Positions 47,598-55,562 of a stretch of 64,000 nt of DNA are shown here, one piece after another. How positions within the stretch are numbered: the stretch's first letter is position 1; each line of letters begins with the position of its first letter. The position numbers and the translations under genes were made by a program. The stretch is from Alphaproteobacteria bacterium. GTDB lineage: Bacteria > Planctomycetota > Phycisphaerae > UBA1845. A model generated the notes under the pieces. The model was not told the DNA's origin. It did not search any database and saw only the letters and a list, made by a program, of their open reading frames with translations. The DNA lies in NCBI GenBank assembly GCA_028285105.1, contig JANQQE010000029.1, forward strand, positions 40,256 through 104,255. The letters run 5' to 3'.

Positions 47598-48916
47598 ACA
47601 CACGAACCGATCTCTCGCGTTGCGCCGATCTTTTTGCTCGGGCGCAGAAAGTTCTACCGGGTGGCGTTTCACGTAACACAGTCTTACGTTCACCCTATCC
47701 CGCGTATGCAGACTACGGAAAAGGTTGCCACGTCACCGATCTTGACGGGGTCACACGCATCGACTTCTCCAATAACATGGCCTCCCTCATCCACGGGCAC
47801 GCCCATCCCGAAATTGTCCGGGTCGTCAACGAGCAGATGGCCCGCGGCTCGGCATTCATGCTGGCGACTGAGGTTGAAGTGCAGTATGCGGAACACCTGT
47901 GTTCACGCTCGCCTTCGTTCGACATGCTGCGATTTGTAAACTCCGGGACCGAAGCCATCATGGTCGCGATCAAAGCCAGTCGTGCATTTACAGGTAAATT
48001 TAAAGTCGCAAAGGTGGAAGGTGCCTACCACGGAGGGTACGACTACGCGGAAGTCTCGCAAGCGCCGACACCGGAGACATGGGGCAGCCACGACAAACCG
48101 CACTCAGTGCCTCTGGTGCATGGCACGCCAGAGTCTTCGCTGCGCGACGTCGTGATCATTCCCTTTAACGACACCGACCGGGCCATCAAGATCTTAAACG
48201 AACACGCCCACGAGGTTGCCTGCGTTCTGCTCGATCTCATGCCGCACCGAGTCGGATTGAATCTCGTCAAGCCGGAATACATCGAAGCAATACAGAAGTG
48301 GGTTGCCGATCACGACGCCCTCCTGGTACTCGACGAAGTTATTACCTTTCGTTCTGAGTACGGCGGACTGCAAACTCGCTATGGCATCAAGTCTGACCTC
48401 ACTGCTCTTGGCAAGATGATCGGCGGCGGTTTTCCAGTCGGCGCCGTCGCGGGCCGGGCCGATGTCATGGACGTCCTTAATCCCAAATCGCACCGGTTCC
48501 TGTTCCCTCACTCCGGCACGTTTTCGGCCAACCCGATTTCGATGTCGGCGGGTTTGATGGCGATGGCGTTATTCGACCAGAAGGAGGTCGCGAGACTGAA
48601 CGCCCTGACCGATCGTGCGATTGACGGTATCAGAAAAGCCATCGACACCACGGGAGCCTGCGCGTGCGTCACGGGCGGTGGATCGATGTTGCGCGTTCAT
48701 ATGAAAGAAGAACCACCGCACAATTTTCGCGAAGCATTCAATACGGACGCCGAGAAAATGCGATTGGCCACGCTGCTCGATCACCTGTTCTCCGAGGGCT
48801 TTATCATGATCAACACCTGCTCGGCGACGCTTTCAACGCCCATGACGGAAATCGAAATCGATGCGCTCGTTGCGGCCATGGAATCAGGACTCGCAAAGAT
48901 CGCGTCAATGCCTTAG
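47594..48916 (+). CDS. Class III PLP aminotransferase (HemL-like fold, not HemL)
   Basis: ATG 47594 with ATGA coupling; LPGGVSRN, RFVNSGTEA, GAYHGGYD, LDEVITFR, DLTALGKMIGGGFPVGA, HSGTFSANP. Confidence 0.9.
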   Translation: MNTRTDLSRCADLFARAQKVLPGGVSRNTVLRSPYPAYADYGKGCHVTDLDGVTRIDFSNNMASLIHGHAHPEIVRVVNEQMARGSAFMLATEVEVQYAEHLCSRSPSFDMLRFVNSGTEAIMVAIKASRAFTGKFKVAKVEGAYHGGYDYAEVSQAPTPETWGSHDKPHSVPLVHGTPESSLRDVVIIPFNDTDRAIKILNEHAHEVACVLLDLMPHRVGLNLVKPEYIEAIQKWVADHDALLVLDEVITFRSEYGGLQTRYGIKSDLTALGKMIGGGFPVGAVAGRADVMDVLNPKSHRFLFPHSGTFSANPISMSAGLMAMALFDQKEVARLNALTDRAIDGIRKAIDTTGACACVTGGGSMLRVHMKEEPPHNFREAFNTDAEKMRLATLLDHLFSEGFIMINTCSATLSTPMTEIEIDALVAAMESGLAKIASMP

Positions 48917-50118
48917 GCCTTCGAGAAAATCGTGGCAAGACCTTGCCCAACGCCAACACACAATGAAGCGATTCCTCGTTCAACGCCTCGTCGACTCATC
49001 TCGTGGATCAGCGTTGTCGCGATCCGTGTACCGCTGCATCCGAGCGGGTGTCCAATTGCAATTGCGCCACCGTTTACATTGAGTTTGTCGTCAGTGATCT
49101 TGAGGTCGCGCTGACAAGCGATCGACTGCGCGGCAAAGGCTTCGTTGATTTCAACAAGTCCGACATCGTCAAGTGTAAGCCCCGCCCGATCCAATGCCTT
49201 GCGGATCGCCGGTACCGGTCCAAGTCCCATGTAAGCCGGGTCAACGCCGGCTGACGCACTGCAACCGACGAATGCGATGGGTTTCAAACCCAGCGCCGCT
49301 GCTTTTGATTCTTCGACGATCAGCAAGGCGGCTGCCCCATCGTTCACGCCCGAAGAATTCCCAGCCGTCACAGTTCCTTTGTCATCCTTTGCAAACACGG
49401 GGCGGAGTTTGGCCAACTGCTCCATGGTCACGTCGGGCCGGGGATGCTCATCTGTATCCACGACCAGCGCCGGTCCTTTTCGCTGAGAAATTTCAACCGG
49501 CACGATCTCATCGTTAAATGCGCCTTGCTTCTGCGCTTTTGCCCACTTCTGTTGGCTCGACAACGCAAATCGATCCTGCGATTCTCGATCGATTCCGTAT
49601 TTGCGTGCCACATTCTCCGCTGTCTCACCCATCGGAAACGGGTGATGCTTCTCAGCCAACTTTGGATTTACAAAGCGCCACCCGATGGACGTGTCGTAGA
49701 TTTGTTGTGTCCGACCATATGCATTCTCGGACTTGCTCAGCACGTATGGGGCACGGCTCATCGACTCGACTCCGCCAGCCACAAACACATCGCCGTGATT
49801 CGCCTCAATCATGCGGGCTGCGATGTTGATGGCTTCAAGCCCCGAAGCACACAGACGATTGACCGTTGACCCCGGAATCGTCTCGGGGAGTCCGGCGAGC
49901 AATGCGGCCATCCGCGCGACATTGCGGTTGTCTTCACCAGCCTGGTTGGCGGCACCGAAGTAGACATCGTCGATCAGCGAAGACTCGATGCCTGATCGCT
50001 GGATGACAGCGCGAATGACGGTGGCAGCAAGATCATCGGGCCGAACCGTAGCAAGCCTTCCACCAAATCGTCCGACCGGCGTGCGGACAGCAGCAATAAC
50101 AGCAGCTCGACGTTTCAT
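48913..50118 (-). CDS. pcaF: Beta-ketoadipyl-CoA thiolase-like (PcaF/PaaJ family)
   Basis: VRPDDLAA, ANQAGEDNRNVARMA, TVNRLCASG (Cys), TSIGWRFVNP, NEAFA, GGAIAIGHPLG, SLCVGVGQG. Confidence 0.85.
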   Translation of the reverse strand: MKRRAAVIAAVRTPVGRFGGRLATVRPDDLAATVIRAVIQRSGIESSLIDDVYFGAANQAGEDNRNVARMAALLAGLPETIPGSTVNRLCASGLEAINIAARMIEANHGDVFVAGGVESMSRAPYVLSKSENAYGRTQQIYDTSIGWRFVNPKLAEKHHPFPMGETAENVARKYGIDRESQDRFALSSQQKWAKAQKQGAFNDEIVPVEISQRKGPALVVDTDEHPRPDVTMEQLAKLRPVFAKDDKGTVTAGNSSGVNDGAAALLIVEESKAAALGLKPIAFVGCSASAGVDPAYMGLGPVPAIRKALDRAGLTLDDVGLVEINEAFAAQSIACQRDLKITDDKLNVNGGAIAIGHPLGCSGTRIATTLIHEMSRRGVERGIASLCVGVGQGLATIFSKA

Positions 50119-50700
50119 TCAAAATCCGGCACGCTTTCGCTGCCAGCCTCGTTTATTCGGTATGTCAGAACAGCCGTCACAAGTTACGCAGTTCGATGCG
50201 CAATCTTGAGTAGCATCATGATCGGGCTAACCGGAAGCCTTGATTTGATGATCGTATGTTTGAAAGCACATATACACTAAGTCGTTCATTTCTTGCAACT
50301 CGCCCGAGTATCGACCGCCCCAACGTAGCATGCGCATATGAACCAATCGCTACAACGAACAATCGCCAGTTAAGGCAGTATTGTTACACAAGCATCCTCA
50401 GCTAAACGTGTACCTCCAAGCCAAATGAATCGGGACGGTGACGGTACACAAAAATTCGCGATTGATTGTAGTCGATTCGCCCACGCGATTCGACTTTATC
50501 TGATAGACTGCGTCGCGTATTCGGAAAGCGTTCGCTGATGTTGACTGCAAAGGTGCAACGATCGGCCGATCAACCGATTCTGGTTTCTGGTGCTGGAGAA
50601 TGTGTTGAAGAATCGAGCCAAATCCATTGACATCGTGGCAGTGACATTGGCGGTTTGGTTGGCTGTCGTTGCAACCGGTTGAGGCGAACTGGCGCTGACC

Positions 50701-51600
50701 ATGGAAGATGTCGTTTATCTTCCTGGTGAGCAGTCCATTTTTGTGGCCCAGCTTGAAAAGGATTTGCCGGTAGGTCTTCCCGATGCGCTGGAGGGCACGA
50801 CAGTTACATTCTGGAACGGAAGTCAGCATATCGGATCGGCGACGACCGACGATGAAGGCCGCGCTCAGATGGTTGCGGATATTGGCGGGGCTGTCCCCAA
50901 ATACGTGAAAGCCAGGGCGCGAAGCGGCTTGCAGCGCGTTGAGGTCGAGCAGCCCGTACGGCGCTGGGAACGCAGCCGTGTCATCATCGCCGTCGATGTC
51001 GATCACACGATCGCCGAAACCGACTACGAAGGTGTACTGATCGATGACATTGACACAAAGTCGAAGCCTATCCCGGGTTCGATTGAAGTACTCAATGCGA
51101 TGAGTCGGAAGTACCATCTGATGTACGTGACGGCTCGGCCGATTTTTCTGTTCGACGAGACGCGGCAGTGGTTGAAAATGCACGGGTATCCGCAGGCTCC
51201 GCTCGTCATGGGTCCGAGTGCGTCGGCACTGGTGGATCAAGCCGAGTTGAAAGAAAACCTGCTGAGTTGGCGACGCGACCATTTGCCGAATTTACTGATC
51301 GGAATCGGCGACAAGGAAACCGATGCGGAAGCGTATGCTGCGGTCGGCATGTTGAGTCTGATCCTTGCGCCGGTCGAAGATGAGTCGGACGTGAACCAAG
51401 TTTTTATCGTGAAGGATTGGGTTGGAATCGAGTCATTCTTCAACTCGAATGCGGGTGTGTTGAGTGATGCGGGCCGCCTTGAAAATGTTATTCGGCGCGG
51501 AGCGATCGATGAGTTGGAAGCATCTGAAGATCGGCAGCGTTTCCGGTTGCGCGCAGTCGATGTGGACGATGACAAAGACGATCATAAAGACGACGATTAG
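50701..51600 (+). CDS. HAD-superfamily (LNS2-like) phosphatase; lipoprotein signal upstream is interrupted by TGA
   Basis: AVDVDHTIAETD (DxDxT), YVTARP, IGIGDKETDAEAY. The in-frame signal peptide from TTG 50605 ends ATG-[TGA 50680]. Confidence 0.75.
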   Translation: MEDVVYLPGEQSIFVAQLEKDLPVGLPDALEGTTVTFWNGSQHIGSATTDDEGRAQMVADIGGAVPKYVKARARSGLQRVEVEQPVRRWERSRVIIAVDVDHTIAETDYEGVLIDDIDTKSKPIPGSIEVLNAMSRKYHLMYVTARPIFLFDETRQWLKMHGYPQAPLVMGPSASALVDQAELKENLLSWRRDHLPNLLIGIGDKETDAEAYAAVGMLSLILAPVEDESDVNQVFIVKDWVGIESFFNSNAGVLSDAGRLENVIRRGAIDELEASEDRQRFRLRAVDVDDDKDDHKDDD

Positions 51601-51641
51601 CAGTTGCGGGATCAGAAGACTTCGCCGCGGCTATTGTGAAT

Positions 51642-52157
51642 TCATCGTGCCGCGTGGCAGATCAACTCAAGCGTGTTGCCTTCAGGATCATTGAAGAAAA
51701 TCGCCTTGGCGTTCATCGCGGGAAATCTTGAATAAGTCGGATTGAACCCGCGTTCGATGAGTCGCTGCTTGTGAGCATCGTAACTTTCGGGCGGAATCTC
51801 GAAGGCGAGGTGGTTCAATGTCGAGCGGCGTACGTCGTGCCCGTCGAATCGCGGTCTCGCAAACACATGGCGACGATGATCGATCAGTGCAAGCAGTTGT
51901 GGATGACCATTTCGACCCAAGGGAGTTTCGATGTCGCGAATGGTCAAAAAGCTGATCGTCGGTTCACCGCCCTCGGTTGGTCCGGATTCTGATTCGTAGC
52001 ACCCTTCACTGAACAACTCGAACCCAAGCACCGAGCGATAAAACCCGCGCATAAGCGGCAGATCGCGTACGCTCAAGACGATCTCTGCAACGCCCGAAAT
52101 GGGAGGAGCATGACGTACATCTGCCGGTCGAGCATTCGGGTTGTATTCTGAATTCAT
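51642..52157 (-). CDS. VOC/glyoxalase-family protein
   Basis: VAEIVLSVRDL..MRGFYRSVLGF, LNHLAFEI, AIFFNDPEGNTLELI. Confidence 0.88.
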   Translation of the reverse strand: MNSEYNPNARPADVRHAPPISGVAEIVLSVRDLPLMRGFYRSVLGFELFSEGCYESESGPTEGGEPTISFLTIRDIETPLGRNGHPQLLALIDHRRHVFARPRFDGHDVRRSTLNHLAFEIPPESYDAHKQRLIERGFNPTYSRFPAMNAKAIFFNDPEGNTLELICHAAR

Positions 52158-52396
52158 TTGCAAAGCATTCCTTCTCGCGGACGACCAGAAAATTAACGAC
52201 GCATAAATCCTACAGCGAATCAAGCGGTCGCAGGTCCGGGTAGCCATTCAACGCATTGTTTTAGTAAGTCTGGCACGACTCGAATCTTGTGTCCTCATAC
52301 GTTGCGTGCCATCGTATGTCGCCGAGTTTGACCGGTCATCAGTTGCAAGGGTTTGTCGAAAAACAAAACTTCGGAAACACTCGCGACACATCGCGT

Positions 52397-52456
52397 TGCT
52401 ATAATTCAATTTTGCGTCAAGTCAAATCTTGCGTCAGGTCAATTTGCGGTGGTCAA
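52397..52456 (+). promoter_or_regulatory. Extended -10 promoter followed by three direct repeats
   Basis: TGcTATAAT at 52397-52405; TTGCG-N3/4-GTCAA at 52412, 52429 and 52444. Confidence 0.55.
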
Positions 52457-52505
52457 GAGATATCAACCATGCGCATTTATCAGCGAATGATCGGGAAGGG
52501 TGAAG

Positions 52506-55500
52506 ATGCATAAGAAGCAATGCGGTGATCGTTTTGTCGTTGGATTTTCGGTATTGGTTATGTTGGCGGCTGGCGGATTGGCAAACGGGCAATCGGTAGG
52601 GCTGCAGTCTGCGGATTCGGTTTGGACAACGGCGCTGCGCGCGGCGGTTGAGGGTGAACTGGCACAGGCGTGGGTGCGTCCGCAGCAGTATCAAGCCGTC
52701 ACATTTGACGAACGACAAATGAGTCTGCTTATCAAAGGCGCTCCGCTTGAAGATGAGATATCGGTTCGCGACACGTCGTCTGTCATCGAACTTCCAATGC
52801 CCGACGGCTCGTTCTCACGGTTTCGATTTGTAGAAGCTCCGGTGATGGCCCCGGAACTGGCCGCCCGTTTTCCAGAGATTCGAACGTTTTATGGGCAGGG
52901 CATCGACGATCCGCATGCACAAGTGCGGTTCGACAAGACTCCGGCAGGCTTCCACGCTCAAATCTTGAGCCCCAACGGAGCCGTCTACATTGACCCGATC
53001 AACAGAGGCGATACGCTGAATTATGCCAGCTATTACAAGCGCGACTTGGCCCAGCCAAACGAACTGCCCAAGTGTCAACTCTTCCCGAATCCCGATGCCG
53101 GACATGCCGGCAATTCAACTGACAATGCGCGCGGGGCGGAACGCGTTGCCGAAACGCTCCGAACGTATCGTTTGGCTGTCGCAACAACGGCAGAGTACAC
53201 ACAGTTTCACGGTGGAACGGTTCCTTTGGGGATGGCCGCTGTCGTAACGGCAGTTAATCGTGTGACCGGTGTGTACGAATCAGAGGTCGCAGTTCGCTTT
53301 GAGCTCATCGCTAACAACGATTTGCTGATCTACACATCCAACCCCGACCCGTACTCAAACGGCGACGGAATTGCCATGCTGGGGCAGAATCAAAGCAACA
53401 TCGACAGCGAGATCGGAAGTGGGAACTACGACGTCGGACATGTTTTCAGCACTGGTGGCGGTGGTGTTGCAAGTCTGGGAGTGATCTGTTCAGGATCGAA
53501 AGCGCGGGGAGTGACTGGACAGGGCAGCCCCATCGGCGATCCGTTCTACATCGACTATGTTGCTCACGAATTGGGGCATCAATTCGGCTCCAACCACAGC
53601 TTTAATGGTGTTGGCGGCAATTGCGCCGGTGGTAATCGAAACGGTTCAACCGCCTACGAACCTGGCAGCGGTTCGACAATCATGGCTTACGCTGGAATTT
53701 GCAGCAGCGACAATCTGCAATCCAACAGCGATCCGTATTTTCACCACGACAGCTTCCGCGAGATTCGCAATCACATAACCGGCGGATCGGGTAACAATTG
53801 CCCGGTCACAACCGCGACGGGAAACAACGATCCGGCTGTGAACGCCGGCGCGAACCACACAATTCCGCAGGGCACGCCTTTTGAATTGACGGCAAGCGGT
53901 TCAGATCCAGACCTCGATCCGCTTACCTATTGCTGGGAAGAACGCGACCTGGGTCCGGCACAATCGATCGCGTCTTCCGACAATGGCAGCAGCCCGCTGT
54001 TTCGATCGTACAACCCGACGGTCAGCCCGACACGTACGTTTCCGCGTTTGCAGGATTTGATCAACAACACGACCGCGCCGGGCGAGCAGTTGCCATCAAC
54101 GAACCGCGCAATGAATTTCCGCTGTACAGCCCGCGACAACCAAGCCGGTGGCGGCGGAGTCGATTTCGATGATATGGTCGTCACGGTCACGACGAGTTCA
54201 GGTCCGTTCATCGTTACCTCACCCAACGGCGGGGAAACGTGGTCCGGAGTCGCAACCGTTAATTGGAACGTCGCAGGCACGGACAGCGCCCCAGTGTCGG
54301 CTGCGACAGTTGACCTGCTTCTTTCGACGGATGGCGGTTTGACCTATCCGATTGTATTGGCAAGCGGAACGCCCAATGACGGAAGCGAGTCGGTGATCGT
54401 GCCCAATGCGCCAACAAGCACTGCCCGCGTCAAGGTCAAGGGCAGTGGCAATGTATTCTTCGACATTTCAAATGCGGACTTCACAGTAGACCAACCCGGC
54501 GCTTTGGCCATCGTGCTTCCTTCGGGGCCTCCGAGTGAAGTGCCGCCAAGTGTCACTACCAATATCGACGTTCAAGTGATTCCCATTGGTGAGAACATCG
54601 TGCCCTCGTCGCCAACGCTGCATTATCGCCCGAATATCTTCGTGTCGTTCCAGACGATCGCATTAAATCCTGTAGGTGGCGATCTCTACGAAGCACCGTT
54701 GCCCGGTTTCACCTGTTCGGATGCTGCCCAGTTCTACTTCAGTGCTCAGGGTGACGGTGGTACAACCGTGACGACGCCTGTCGATGCGCCTTCCTCATTC
54801 TTTATTGCCAATGTCGGACAGAACGAGCAGGTCTTTGCAGATAGTTTTGAAACCGATTTGGGATGGACAGCGACCGGTAACGCATCGGAAGGTCAATGGG
54901 AGTTGGGCATTCCGGTGGACTTCGATCGCGGCGACCCAACCGCTGACTTTGACGGATCGGGTCAGTGTTACCTCACCGAGAACGATCCTGGTGACAGCAA
55001 CTCGGACGTCGACGATGGTACGGCTACGCTGACGTCGCCAGTATTCGATCTATCCAATGGCGGCACGATCAACTATGCCTACTGGTTAAATGACATTCCA
55101 ACAGGTCCTCTGGGGTCAGAGGATTCGATGGAAGTCGAGTACGCCACCAATGTGGCTGGCACGAATTGGCAGACGATTCGCACTTACACGTCAGCATCGG
55201 GCAGTTGGCGAAACGACAGCATCGAAGTCGGTTCCGAGACGGCGTCAAGTTCAACATTTCGAATTCGTTTTTCGGTCAGCGATCTGTCGCCAGGCGATGT
55301 TGTCGAAGGCGGTCTCGATGCGTTCGAGATTACTGCTTTCACCTGCACGGACATTGGCAACGGCGATTTCGACCTGGATGGCGATGTGGACCTGGCCGAC
55401 TTCGCCGAAATGCAGGCGTGCTGGGGAGCGACGAGTCCACTGGGTGTTTGCGCGCCTGGCGATTTGGACGGCAGCGCATCGATTGGTATCAATGACTTGC

Positions 55501-55538
55501 CAGTGTTTGTTTCTCTGTTGACAGACCCGACGCCGTAG
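52506..55538 (+). CDS. Secreted reprolysin-like (M12B) zinc metallopeptidase with Ig-like/beta-sandwich domains and dockerin-like tail
   Basis: Signal peptide and propeptide; RTYRLAVATTAEY; VAHELGHQFGSNH (HExxHxxGxxH); EPGSGSTIMAYAG Met-turn; GDFDLDGDVDLADF tail. Confidence 0.92.
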   Translation: MHKKQCGDRFVVGFSVLVMLAAGGLANGQSVGLQSADSVWTTALRAAVEGELAQAWVRPQQYQAVTFDERQMSLLIKGAPLEDEISVRDTSSVIELPMPDGSFSRFRFVEAPVMAPELAARFPEIRTFYGQGIDDPHAQVRFDKTPAGFHAQILSPNGAVYIDPINRGDTLNYASYYKRDLAQPNELPKCQLFPNPDAGHAGNSTDNARGAERVAETLRTYRLAVATTAEYTQFHGGTVPLGMAAVVTAVNRVTGVYESEVAVRFELIANNDLLIYTSNPDPYSNGDGIAMLGQNQSNIDSEIGSGNYDVGHVFSTGGGGVASLGVICSGSKARGVTGQGSPIGDPFYIDYVAHELGHQFGSNHSFNGVGGNCAGGNRNGSTAYEPGSGSTIMAYAGICSSDNLQSNSDPYFHHDSFREIRNHITGGSGNNCPVTTATGNNDPAVNAGANHTIPQGTPFELTASGSDPDLDPLTYCWEERDLGPAQSIASSDNGSSPLFRSYNPTVSPTRTFPRLQDLINNTTAPGEQLPSTNRAMNFRCTARDNQAGGGGVDFDDMVVTVTTSSGPFIVTSPNGGETWSGVATVNWNVAGTDSAPVSAATVDLLLSTDGGLTYPIVLASGTPNDGSESVIVPNAPTSTARVKVKGSGNVFFDISNADFTVDQPGALAIVLPSGPPSEVPPSVTTNIDVQVIPIGENIVPSSPTLHYRPNIFVSFQTIALNPVGGDLYEAPLPGFTCSDAAQFYFSAQGDGGTTVTTPVDAPSSFFIANVGQNEQVFADSFETDLGWTATGNASEGQWELGIPVDFDRGDPTADFDGSGQCYLTENDPGDSNSDVDDGTATLTSPVFDLSNGGTINYAYWLNDIPTGPLGSEDSMEVEYATNVAGTNWQTIRTYTSASGSWRNDSIEVGSETASSSTFRIRFSVSDLSPGDVVEGGLDAFEITAFTCTDIGNGDFDLDGDVDLADFAEMQACWGATSPLGVCAPGDLDGSASIGINDLPVFVSLLTDPTP

Positions 55539-55562
55539 TAGTTTCGTTCAATAGGATGGTAC

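Noticed and set aside
47594-48916. Annotation as hemL
   Set aside because: It lacks the GGVNSPVRAF and YHGHxD signatures and sits in a catabolic operon.
50398-51282. 294-aa minus-strand ORF
   Set aside because: Antisense to the HAD phosphatase, with no family signature.
31377-55538. Split ADAM (disintegrin gene plus reprolysin gene)
   Set aside because: The genes are 18 kb apart with unrelated operons between them; no evidence of linkage.
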